A DNA stretch of 64,000 nt, taken from positions 68,951 to 132,950 of the forward strand of contig CAMTVK010000017.1 of NCBI GenBank assembly GCA_947085185.1, in the 5' to 3' direction. Positions 51,542 through 60,101 of this stretch are shown here, piece after piece. This stretch comes from Candidatus Fraserbacteria bacterium. GTDB lineage: Bacteria; Bipolaricaulota; Bipolaricaulia; RBG-16-55-9; DRXL01. A model generated the notes under the pieces. That model saw only the letters and a program-made list of their open reading frames with translations, ran no database searches and was not told where the DNA came from. The translations under genes were made by a program, and so were the position numbers. Position 1 is the stretch's first letter. Each line of letters opens with the position of its first letter.

Positions 51542-53786
51542 GGCGAGTGAGCCACCTGTCTGGCTTTCAGAACATCTGCGCGATGTTGCTGCATACGCCT
51601 GCGCCATCGCTCAGGCTTATTGGGTGCATTGGGAACGGTTGCTTGGTTCTGAAGCAACCGATCGGGTAGCCCAGGCGCTTATCCTTTCTGCACTCACGCA
51701 TGATTTGGGCAAGATCGCCGAAGGGTTCCAGCGTGCTCTTGGGGACCGGAAATTCCGCTGGGAGTTCCGACATGAGGTGCTTTCGGCGGCGATCCTGCTT
51801 GCCACCGAATTTCCAGATGAGGAGCTCAAGGCGCTTGTGATTTCTGCTGTCCTCACGCACCACCGGGACTTGGAGGATAGTGAACTCTTACAGAACGCGG
51901 GGTACTTACCCCTGCCAGAGCCGCGGCTGATGCAGGAGGTCAAGACCAAGTTCTCCCAAAAGGCTCGCGAAATGAGCGCTCGCTGGTCATGGCTGGAGCG
52001 ATTTGCCGCTCAACACGCCGGACTAAAAGCACTGAAGCTACCTTGTAGTCCAGGGGATTTGCCGCTTCCTACAGCGATCATAGAGCACCTCAGAGAGACG
52101 ACGCAAGGTGCTTCCGTGCCAGCCGACTCACGTGCTACTTCACTGCTTTTGGTGCGGGGCTGGCTGATGGCGTCCGATCATGCAGCAAGCGCTGGGGTCA
52201 GAGCATTTCGAGAAGCCTTGCTCACGCCCGCCACACCTCCCCTCCGCAAGTTTCAGGAAGATGTCGGCGGGTACACGGGTGATGCTTTTCTGGAAGCACC
52301 CACAGGTTCCGGAAAGACGCTGGCGGCGCTGCTTTGGGCGCTTCACAACCGCCAGGGCGGCGAGCGGATTTTTTATCTCCTCCCCTACCAAGCCAGCATT
52401 GAAGCAATGGCAGATACGCTTGAGGGGTACTTCGGTCGGGAGAATGTCGCTGTCCTCCATGCGCGGGCGCTGGATTACGCTTTCCGCGAGCATTTTGAGA
52501 AGCTCGGTGAATACGAGGCAGCGGCATCCTACGCCAAAGGCGAAACAGAGCTCAATCAGCTTGCACATAAGCCCATCAAGGTCGCGACGCCTTTCCAGCT
52601 CCTCAAGTGGCTCTTCGGCATTCCCCGATGGGAAATCGGGGTCAGTGAGATGGTGGGCGGACTATTTATCTTTGATGAGATTCATGCCTATGATGCCCAT
52701 GTGGTGGCACTCATTGCCGAGATGGTCCGGTTTCTCAAAAACCTTGGTGGGCGATTTCTCTTTATGAGCGCGACGTTCCCACCGTTTCTCAAAGAGCTTC
52801 TCTGGAATAGAGTAGGGGGCAATGTGGCAGAATTCACGCTTAAACCTGAGGACGAATGGTCCGAAGCATTCCTTCGGCAAGCTCGGCACTGCATTCGATG
52901 GCGAGAGACAACGCTGGAATCCTTCCTGCCAGAGATCGTGAAAGCCGTTTCTGAAGGAAAGCGCGTGCTCGTGGTTGCCAACCGGGTGGCGCAAGCCCAG
53001 GAGATTTACCGCGCGCTCAAAGGAGAAGTTGGCGGTGTCCATCTGCTTCACAGTCGCTTTACGCGCCGCGATCGAGTGGCCAAGGAAGAAACCGTTATCG
53101 GCGCATTGCGAGGGGAAATTAGTGAGGACGTACGAGTGCTTGTCGCCACGCAGGTTGTTGAAGTGTCTCTGGATATCAGCTTCGATGTTATCTTCACTGA
53201 GATTGCACCTGTGGATGATCTTTTGCAGCGATTTGGGCGGGTTAATCGCTATGGTGAGCATCCCGAAGGGGTAGACGTGCACGTGGCCACGAAGTTTGAT
53301 GAAAAACTTAAACATGTGTATTTGATCGAGCGGATTCAAAAGACGCTTGAGCAAGCACCTGAGGATGGCGCACTGCTGACCATACCTATTGCGGCGGACT
53401 GGGTTCGGGATGTATATCAAGATGGTTGGACGAAGCACGAAGGTGAGCGTTTTGCACAAGCCAGAGCGGCTTTTCAGAACCTTCTCTCGGCGCTTCGTCC
53501 CCTCCGACAGCTGGAGGAAGGACGGGAGGAATTTCACGGTCTCTTCCAGAGTGTAGAGGTCCTGCCCCAGCGACTTTTCCCAGAGTACGATGCGCATCGT
53601 CAGGCCAAACGCTACCTTCTGGCTAACCAACTGCTTGTGCCCATTCCCCTTGGCACATGTCACATGCTTAAGAAGACTGGACGTTTGACTCCCCGTTCTG
53701 ACGGGATCCTCCTTGCTCAAATCGTCTACGACGAGGAACTGGGATTGCTGCCCCAAGAGGTGGACATCGATGCCAGCATTTTTTGA
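51507..53786 (+). CDS. cas3: Cas3 HD nuclease-helicase
   Basis: LSEHL, HDLGK, APTGSGKT, DEIH, SAT, QVVEVSLD, QRFGRVNR; start ATG 51507. Confidence 0.95.
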   Translation: MAVPEPLAKSREASEPPVWLSEHLRDVAAYACAIAQAYWVHWERLLGSEATDRVAQALILSALTHDLGKIAEGFQRALGDRKFRWEFRHEVLSAAILLATEFPDEELKALVISAVLTHHRDLEDSELLQNAGYLPLPEPRLMQEVKTKFSQKAREMSARWSWLERFAAQHAGLKALKLPCSPGDLPLPTAIIEHLRETTQGASVPADSRATSLLLVRGWLMASDHAASAGVRAFREALLTPATPPLRKFQEDVGGYTGDAFLEAPTGSGKTLAALLWALHNRQGGERIFYLLPYQASIEAMADTLEGYFGRENVAVLHARALDYAFREHFEKLGEYEAAASYAKGETELNQLAHKPIKVATPFQLLKWLFGIPRWEIGVSEMVGGLFIFDEIHAYDAHVVALIAEMVRFLKNLGGRFLFMSATFPPFLKELLWNRVGGNVAEFTLKPEDEWSEAFLRQARHCIRWRETTLESFLPEIVKAVSEGKRVLVVANRVAQAQEIYRALKGEVGGVHLLHSRFTRRDRVAKEETVIGALRGEISEDVRVLVATQVVEVSLDISFDVIFTEIAPVDDLLQRFGRVNRYGEHPEGVDVHVATKFDEKLKHVYLIERIQKTLEQAPEDGALLTIPIAADWVRDVYQDGWTKHEGERFAQARAAFQNLLSALRPLRQLEEGREEFHGLFQSVEVLPQRLFPEYDAHRQAKRYLLANQLLVPIPLGTCHMLKKTGRLTPRSDGILLAQIVYDEELGLLPQEVDIDASIF

Positions 53787-53811
53787 GAGGCTCTTAAGAG
53801 ACTTTTTTGAT

Positions 53812-53841
53812 AATTTAATTGGGCTGGTGTGGTATGGAAAC
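53812..53841 (+). CRISPR. Solitary degenerate CRISPR-repeat-like 30-mer
   Basis: AATTTAATTGGGCTGGTGTGGTATGGAAAC: TTTAAT near 5' end and ATGGAAAC 3' handle; no second copy seen. Confidence 0.45.
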
Positions 53842-53894
53842 ATGGCCTCAAGGTCAACTGTTGAGCTCTTGGTACAGGAGGAAGGAGGCCGACC

Positions 53895-54023
53895 ATGAGT
53901 CACTTCGGCTATGACAAAACACAAACCCCTCTAGCAACGAAGGCTCCGTCCCCACTCTTCACCGGCACCCAAGTGAATTACTCTCGCGTCTGCTCCAGAA
54001 AACTCTGGCTCTTCAGCACTTGA
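53895..54023 (+). pseudogene. cas4: Truncated cas4 5' fragment (42 aa)
   Basis: Strong SD; MSHFGYDKTQTPLATKAPSPLFTGTQVNYSRVCSRKLWLFST* matches N-terminus of intact Cas4. Confidence 0.85.
53951..54018 (+). repeat. 68-bp direct repeat, copy 1
   Basis: 67/68 identical to 54726-54793. Confidence 0.95.
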
Positions 54024-54048
54024 CGACATGTTCACAAAGACGTATAGT
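54020..54048 (+). promoter_or_regulatory. TA cassette promoter
   Basis: TTGACG-17-TATAGT immediately after repeat copy 1. Confidence 0.65.
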
Positions 54049-54077
54049 GAGCTGGCAAGCAAGAAGGAGGTGCTCCT

Positions 54078-54299
54078 ATGGCTGCGATACCCGAAAAGCC
54101 CCTGGAAGAGTTGATCCGCGAACTCCCCCCAGACTTACGCCAGCAAGTGCGGGACTTCGTGGAGTTCTTGCTGGAGAAACGGGGGCCAGAGGGCCATGCC
54201 AGATTGCGCCAAGACTGGGCAGGAGCCCTGGAAAAATACAAGGACAAGTTTACTTCTCTAGAACTCCAAAAGAAAGCTTTAGAATGGCGAGGTGATTGA
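54078..54299 (+). CDS. DUF2281-family antitoxin
   Basis: LPPDLRQQVRDFVEFLLEK, WAGAL; TGATG coupling to PIN gene. Confidence 0.85.
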   Translation: MAAIPEKPLEELIRELPPDLRQQVRDFVEFLLEKRGPEGHARLRQDWAGALEKYKDKFTSLELQKKALEWRGD

Positions 54300-54709
54300 T
54301 GCAATACCTCGTGGATACCAACGTGTGGCTTGAGCGGCTTCTGAGTCAAGAGCGCTCTTCAGAAGTCGCAGCTTTTTTGAATGCCGTTCCTGCCTCGCGA
54401 TTGGCTCTTACAGATTTTGCCTTGCACTCAATCGGCGTCGTCCTGCTGCGCCTTAGCGAGGCAGAAGCCTTTCTTCACTTTGCTCGCGATCTGCGAGAGG
54501 GGCAGGTGGCATTGCTCTCTCTTTCGGTAGCAGATATGGATAGAATAGTGGAATGCGCAGTACGCCTCCGGCTGGATTTCGACGATGCGTATCAGTATGT
54601 CGCGGCGGAAAGATATGGCCTAACACTCGTGAGCTTTGACGCCGAGTTCGACCGCACCGAGCGTGGCCGCAAAACCCCAGAACAGATACTGCAAGAACTT
54701 GCACAATAA
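54299..54709 (+). CDS. PIN-domain (VapC-like) toxin
   Basis: YLVDTNVWLE, LDFDDAYQY, LVSFD.EFD. Confidence 0.9.
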   Translation: MQYLVDTNVWLERLLSQERSSEVAAFLNAVPASRLALTDFALHSIGVVLLRLSEAEAFLHFARDLREGQVALLSLSVADMDRIVECAVRLRLDFDDAYQYVAAERYGLTLVSFDAEFDRTERGRKTPEQILQELAQ

Positions 54710-54711
54710 TC

Positions 54712-55218
54712 ATGCTCAGCACCAACCCACTCTTCACCGGCACCCAAGTGAATTACTCTCGCGTCTGCCCCAGAAAACTCTGGCTCTTCAGCAAAGATCT
54801 CAACATGGAAGATACCTCCGAGTACGTCGAACTGGGACGGCTCATCCACGAAAGCTCCTTCCAGCGCACAGAAAAAGAGATCTTGATCGACCGCATCAAG
54901 ATCGACTTCTCCGGCAAAGACGGGATCATCCACGAGGTCAAAAAGTCCGACGCCCTCGAAGAAGCCCACCTCTTCCAAGTGCTCTATTATCTCTACTATC
55001 TCAAACACTACAAAGGACTTACCAATATTCGCGGCAAAATCCACTACCCCAAACTGCGCCAAACCCTCGATGTCACACTCACCCCCGAGCGCGAAGCCGA
55101 GCTTGAAAGAGCTCTGAAAAATATCGAAGAGATCCTCGCTCAAGAGCAGCCCCCCAAACAATTAGAGAAAATCTCCTTCTGCAAGAAGTGCAGCTACTAT
55201 GATTTATGTTACAGTTAG
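54712..55218 (+). CDS. cas4: Cas4
   Basis: CPRKLWLF, G..IH, IKID, EVKKS, Q..YY, CKKCSYYDLC. Confidence 0.95.
   Translation: MLSTNPLFTGTQVNYSRVCPRKLWLFSKDLNMEDTSEYVELGRLIHESSFQRTEKEILIDRIKIDFSGKDGIIHEVKKSDALEEAHLFQVLYYLYYLKHYKGLTNIRGKIHYPKLRQTLDVTLTPEREAELERALKNIEEILAQEQPPKQLEKISFCKKCSYYDLCYS
54726..54793 (+). repeat. 68-bp direct repeat, copy 2 (inside cas4)
   Basis: 67/68 identical to 53951-54018. Confidence 0.95.
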
Positions 55219-55238
55219 AATCACGGACGCTATCAGGA

Positions 55239-55306
55239 CAGTTCTAAGTTAGACAGTTCTACAGTTCAACAGTTAAAAACTGAAAAATTGTCGAACTGAG
55301 AAACTG
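55239..55306. repeat. 8-nt-phased inverted repeat array (CAGTT)n/(AACTG)n
   Basis: CAGTT/AAGTT at 55239, 55246, 55254, 55262, 55270; AACTG/AATTG at 55278, 55286, 55294, 55302. Confidence 0.8.
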
Positions 55307-55350
55307 AGGTGGCTACTTCCGCGCTTTCCGTGATTCATAGGAGGTGCACA

Positions 55351-56349
55351 ATGGGTCGGAGCTACTACATCTTCAAGAGCGGCACGCTCTCCCGTGAACA
55401 GAATACCATCTACTTTGAGAACGCCGAGGGCAGACGCCCCATCCCCGTCGAAGATATAGACGCGCTCTTTCTCTTCGGTGAAGTCACCCTCAACAGCAAG
55501 TTTTTAGATTTCTTGGATAAGCACGGGATCTGTGCACACTTCTTCGATTATTACGAACAGTACTCGGGGAGCTTCGTCCCCCGCCAGCCCAAACAATCCG
55601 GCTTTCTTGTAGTGCAGCAGGTCCAACACTATCTTGACGCCAAGAAGCGCCTAGCCATCGCCACAGAGTTCGTCGCCGCGGCGACCGATAATATTGTGCG
55701 CAATCTGAAATACTATAAAAACCGCGTCGCGGACGGCCCCGCCGTCGAGCAGATCATCGCCGAGATCGAAACCCACCAACAAGCGATCCCCACAGCGCGC
55801 GATTGCTTGGAACTGATGGCCATCGAGGGGCGCATCCGAGACCGCTATTATCAGAGCTTTCATATAATTGTGAATTTAGATGAGCCCTTCCAAAAGCGTG
55901 AAAGACGCCCGCCGACCAACCCCATAAACGCCCTGATCTCATTTGGCAATTCTTTGCTCTATGCCACGACGCTCAGCGAGATCTACAGAACCCAGCTTAC
56001 CCCCACGGTCAGCTTCTTACACGAGCCGGGGGCGCGACGGTACTCGCTCAGTCTCGATCTCAGTGAAATTTTTAAGCCCATCTTAGTAGATCGCACGATC
56101 TTCAAACTGATGAACGAGCGGATGCTCAGTATCGACGAGTTCGACCGTGCACTCAACTATTGCTATTTGAGGGAATCGGGGCGCAAGACGTTTGTGCAAG
56201 AATATGAGCGGCGTTTGCAGCAGACGATTGAGCATAGGAAGTTAAAAAAGCATGTTTCGTACAGGCACTTGATCCGGCTGGAGTGTTATAAATTGGTGAA
56301 GCACCTGATGGGCGATGAGCCCTATGAGGGCTTTCGCATGTGGTGGTGA
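55351..56349 (+). CDS. cas1: Cas1 (I-B type)
   Basis: LMAIEG, RRPPTNPINALISFGNSLLY, SFLHEP, LDLSEIFKP, C-terminal WW. Confidence 0.97.
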   Translation: MGRSYYIFKSGTLSREQNTIYFENAEGRRPIPVEDIDALFLFGEVTLNSKFLDFLDKHGICAHFFDYYEQYSGSFVPRQPKQSGFLVVQQVQHYLDAKKRLAIATEFVAAATDNIVRNLKYYKNRVADGPAVEQIIAEIETHQQAIPTARDCLELMAIEGRIRDRYYQSFHIIVNLDEPFQKRERRPPTNPINALISFGNSLLYATTLSEIYRTQLTPTVSFLHEPGARRYSLSLDLSEIFKPILVDRTIFKLMNERMLSIDEFDRALNYCYLRESGRKTFVQEYERRLQQTIEHRKLKKHVSYRHLIRLECYKLVKHLMGDEPYEGFRMWW

Positions 56350-56404
56350 GGTGTTTGGAAGATAAGGGGATCAAGATATATTGAGGGAGGTGTTGGAGAA
56401 GCTG

Positions 56405-56433
56405 TTGACAATCGTCTGAGGATGTGCTAAAAC
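56405..56433 (+). promoter_or_regulatory. Promoter of type III module
   Basis: TTGACA-17-TAAAAC with TGn extension. Confidence 0.5.
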
Positions 56434-56469
56434 ATGATTTTAAGAGAGTTTAAAGCTCGAGGGTGATGT

Positions 56470-56556
56470 ATGGAGATTCAGTTGAAAACGTTGACGCCTC
56501 TGTGGACGGGCGGGAAGAGGTACAGTCATGGTGTGGCAGGCTGCTCTGCTTCATGA
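56470..56556 (+). pseudogene. RAMP (Cmr1-like) N-terminal stub
   Basis: SD GAGGGTGA; MEIQLKTLTPLWTGG then runs out of frame into cas10. Confidence 0.65.
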
Positions 56557-58855
56557 TATCGGAAAGTTCTGTGAACGAGCTTTGGGGGAGAAGCGTGACC
56601 CTGGAGCACGATATACACACGAAGCTCACTCCCATGAATTCGCACTCGGTTTGCGATCTTTTCTTGAGGATGAGACACTGAGACGTGAGCTGGGAAACGC
56701 CCTACTCCGTCATCACAACCCGCAGTATCGTGATGAGCTCATAATTTCCGCAGCTGACATCATAGCAGCTGATGAACGCGCTGAATCTGAAGGCCACCCT
56801 GAAGCAACTACAAAGTATACCGCTCCCTTGCAATCAATATTACCTCGCCTGTTTGATGGCTCTCAACGATTGTACTTCTCCCTCAAGCCCCTCGCCCTCG
56901 ACCGAGAGACGATTTTTGCCCAGTCGACGCATCACGTCAGTCAAGATACTTATGAGCGCCATTGGTTGGACTTTCATCGCGAGGTGCAAAAGCTTTTGCC
57001 CAAGGATTGGCAGGGACTTTTTCATGTGCTGAAGAAATACTGCTGGTGTGTGCTCTCTTCGGCCTCACGCACTGAGGAACATGATATCTCGCTTTTCGAT
57101 CACTTGCGCGTAACCGCAGCGATCGCCGCTTGTTTGGAAACTGAAGGCATTTCAGATGATGAACTCAAGCAAATTCGATCTGGAGTGTTCGAGGCACGTC
57201 GGAAGCCTCGTTTTTTGTTGCTCAAAGGAGATATCTCAGGAATTCAAGACTTTATCTACACGATCACAAGTAAGGGGGCAGCTAAGGGATTGCGCGGACG
57301 TTCCGTTTATTTACAGCTTTTGACCGAAGTGATTGCTTTGTGGCTGTTACGTCGTCTGCAGCTGCCCTTCGTGAATTTGCTCTATCATGGTGGCGGACAC
57401 TTCATGCTCCTCCTTCCTGCTAGTGCTGAGCCTAAGCTAACAGAATTGCAAAAAGAACTGGCTCAGAAGATACTGAAGGCTCACGGCACAGACTTGTACG
57501 TAGCGCTCGGTTGGGTTACTTTGAGTGCAGACGATTTTGGGCCGGAGCGTTTTGCTGAGAAATGGTGCGAGGCAGGCGAGCAAGCCAACCAAGCCAAGCG
57601 CCGGCGCTTCTGTGAGCTTGGGGCTCAGCTCTTTGAACACGTCTTTCAGCCTCAAGGCCGCCCCACAGCTCAGGTGTGCGATGTCTGCCAGGCCGAAGAT
57701 TCAAGAGGGCTGATTCGCGATGACGAGTTCGAGAAGTGCCATCTCTGCAAGAGCTTTGAGAAGCTCGGCGATAATGTTGCCCGTGCTCACTACTTGATGC
57801 TCTCGCAGTGTGAACATGAAGAGAGCAGCCCTGTAAGTGGCTATGAGGACGTACTGGCCCAATTGGGCTATCGCGCCGCTTTTTTGACCAAGCCAGAGTT
57901 TCCTCCTCACGGTGCTCGCAGTGCTACGCTCTATCGGCTCAACGATACCGATTTCCTTAGCGACGAGGCCCTAAGCTGGGCGCAACGGCTTCGTGAGCGC
58001 GGGCTAGAAAGCTTCTTAGGGTTCCGCTTCTTGGCCAATGTCACCCCTTTCACAGACAAAGGCACCATCTTGGACTTCGACGGTTTAGCAAATCAATCTA
58101 CCGGGATCAGGCGTTTGGGAATCTTGCGCATGGACGTAGACAATTTGGGCCGAATCTTCAGCCAAGGCATCCCCAATGCAACCATCTCTCGGCTGGCGAC
58201 GGTGAGTTCGCTCTTGCAGATCTTCTTCGAGGGCTGGGTCCATCGCGCTACCGAAGCCCATCAAGACAGGATCTACGCGATTTACTCTGGGGGCGATGAT
58301 CTCTTCTTTGTCGGGGCATGGGATGCGATTGTTGAGTTGGGGTGGAAGATTCGTCAAGATTTTACAGACTTCACTAAGAACCCACAAGTAACGCTTAGCG
58401 CGGGCATCGCCATTGAAGAGGCGAAGTTCCCGCTCTACCAAGCGGCGCGTAATGCAGGTGAGGCGCTTGAGAAGGCGAAAGCACGCGATGGCAAGAACTC
58501 TATTGGTTTTCTGGGCAAAGAGGTCAGCGGGACGGACTTCGCGAAGGCGCGAGAGCTGCAACAGAAGCTGGTGGAGCTGCTGAATGGTCGAGAGGGCCAA
58601 GCTGTGCCGCGCAGCTTGCTTGTGAAGCTCAGCAACGTCTATGCGTTGTATAGCGATAAGAAATATCGTGAGCGGCCTAAGTGGGCGATTCGCCTAGTTT
58701 ACGACATGACACGCTTGGGCGAAGCTCATAAAGGCTTTAAGGACGAGTTACAGGCGATTCAAATGATGATCGGACGGGACGGGCTCATTGAGTTTCTGGA
58801 CGTGCCGGTGCGTTGGGCACAGATGCTGACGATGAAGCGCGAAGAAGGAGGATGA
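56528..58855 (+). CDS. cas10: Type III-A Cas10/Csm1
   Basis: LLHDIGK (HD), SLFDH, GDISGIQDFIY, LRGRS, CxxC pairs, MDVDNLG, YSGGDD. Confidence 0.96.
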   Translation: MVWQAALLHDIGKFCERALGEKRDPGARYTHEAHSHEFALGLRSFLEDETLRRELGNALLRHHNPQYRDELIISAADIIAADERAESEGHPEATTKYTAPLQSILPRLFDGSQRLYFSLKPLALDRETIFAQSTHHVSQDTYERHWLDFHREVQKLLPKDWQGLFHVLKKYCWCVLSSASRTEEHDISLFDHLRVTAAIAACLETEGISDDELKQIRSGVFEARRKPRFLLLKGDISGIQDFIYTITSKGAAKGLRGRSVYLQLLTEVIALWLLRRLQLPFVNLLYHGGGHFMLLLPASAEPKLTELQKELAQKILKAHGTDLYVALGWVTLSADDFGPERFAEKWCEAGEQANQAKRRRFCELGAQLFEHVFQPQGRPTAQVCDVCQAEDSRGLIRDDEFEKCHLCKSFEKLGDNVARAHYLMLSQCEHEESSPVSGYEDVLAQLGYRAAFLTKPEFPPHGARSATLYRLNDTDFLSDEALSWAQRLRERGLESFLGFRFLANVTPFTDKGTILDFDGLANQSTGIRRLGILRMDVDNLGRIFSQGIPNATISRLATVSSLLQIFFEGWVHRATEAHQDRIYAIYSGGDDLFFVGAWDAIVELGWKIRQDFTDFTKNPQVTLSAGIAIEEAKFPLYQAARNAGEALEKAKARDGKNSIGFLGKEVSGTDFAKARELQQKLVELLNGREGQAVPRSLLVKLSNVYALYSDKKYRERPKWAIRLVYDMTRLGEAHKGFKDELQAIQMMIGRDGLIEFLDVPVRWAQMLTMKREEGG

Positions 58856-58860
58856 TTATA

Positions 58861-59289
58861 ATGTCAAGGCAAAGCGTACAGAGACCAACCCGAAGCTTGC
58901 CTTCAAAGCAAGATATCGATGAGATCATAGCAGGTGATACTGAGAAGCTAGTAGAGATGGCAAGGGACATTGGAGAGTACCTAGCTACAGGGTCGAAAAA
59001 AGAACGCCTAAGCACCTCCCAAATTCGCAATGTCTTTGGTGAGGTCAAGCGTTTACAAATGAAGGGGTTCAGTGAGCACACAGCTCATGAGTTGATCCTG
59101 CTTAAGCCAAAATTGGCTTATCAAAAGGGGCGCTTCGTGCGAGATGGATCGGCAGAAAAGGTAGCCTACTTAGCGGACACACTCACTATGGCCATTGATG
59201 CTATTCAAGGGAATGCTCAGCGCTTCGAGCACTTTGTGGACTTCTTTGAAGCGATCTTGGCATATCACAAGGCTCATGGGGGCGAGTAG
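58861..59289 (+). CDS. csm2: Csm2 small subunit
   Basis: LSTSQIRNVF, LLKPKLAY, FVDFFEAILAYHK. Confidence 0.93.
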   Translation: MSRQSVQRPTRSLPSKQDIDEIIAGDTEKLVEMARDIGEYLATGSKKERLSTSQIRNVFGEVKRLQMKGFSEHTAHELILLKPKLAYQKGRFVRDGSAEKVAYLADTLTMAIDAIQGNAQRFEHFVDFFEAILAYHKAHGGE

Positions 59290-59298
59290 GAGGCGAGC

Positions 59299-60099
59299 AT
59301 GACCAGCATTCAGCTTAAGGGCAAAGTGTTCTTGAACGGCCAGATACGCGCGATAACAGGCCTACGGATCGGAGGTGCCAGCACCGGCATCGAGATCGGC
59401 GGCGTAGACAACGTCGTCGTGCGCAATCCCTTGACCAATGAGCCCTACATCCCCGGCTCTTCCCTCAAGGGCAAGATGCGCTCGCTGCTGGAACGGCATA
59501 CCTATGCAGAGCAGAATCGAGCTATCCGTAAGGGCACGCCGAAAGTCTATATTCACGAATGCGAGAATGAGACAGGCTACAAGGATTGTTCTGTCTGTCG
59601 TCTCTTTGGCGTCGCGGGTGAGAAAGAATTTGCAACTCCCAGCCGTGTTTACGTGCGCGATGTCCACTTGACAGTAGAGAGTCTTAAAAAGCTAGAAGCA
59701 GCGCGCACAGAGCTGCCGCTCACTGAAGTCAAATGGGAAGCTGCTATTGACCGAGTGACTTCTGCAGCCGTGCCAAGACAGATGGAGCGCGTCCCCGCAG
59801 GTGCCGTCTTTGGCCCTTGTGAGTTCATCTTTAACTTCTACGAACCAAACGATGCCGATCTGTTTATGACATTCTTGCAAACTATAGAGCTGCTCCAAGA
59901 CGACTACCTGGGTGGCGGGGGCTCGCGCGGCAGCGGCAAGATCGCCCTCGAAAACATCTCTCTCACGCTCAAATCGAAGAAATATTACGACGGCGAAGAA
60001 GACAAGCAAATCTTGCTCGACCAAAAAAACTTTGAAGATCTCAAACGCCAAGCGGACACGCTCAAGCAGCAGATTCAGCAAAAGCTCTTCGCGGGGTAA
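59299..60099 (+). CDS. csm3: Csm3 RAMP
   Basis: TGLRIGG, IGGVDN (catalytic Asp position), YIPGSSLKGKMRSLLE, LGGGGSRGSG. Confidence 0.96.
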   Translation: MTSIQLKGKVFLNGQIRAITGLRIGGASTGIEIGGVDNVVVRNPLTNEPYIPGSSLKGKMRSLLERHTYAEQNRAIRKGTPKVYIHECENETGYKDCSVCRLFGVAGEKEFATPSRVYVRDVHLTVESLKKLEAARTELPLTEVKWEAAIDRVTSAAVPRQMERVPAGAVFGPCEFIFNFYEPNDADLFMTFLQTIELLQDDYLGGGGSRGSGKIALENISLTLKSKKYYDGEEDKQILLDQKNFEDLKRQADTLKQQIQQKLFAG

Positions 60100-60101
60100 T
60101 T

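Noticed and set aside
52662..53924. 420-aa minus-strand ORF
   Set aside because: Antisense shadow of cas3; no recognisable domain
56350..56419. Two tiny TTG-start ORFs after cas1 as a cas2 remnant
   Set aside because: No similarity to the Cas2 YD motif; too short to support
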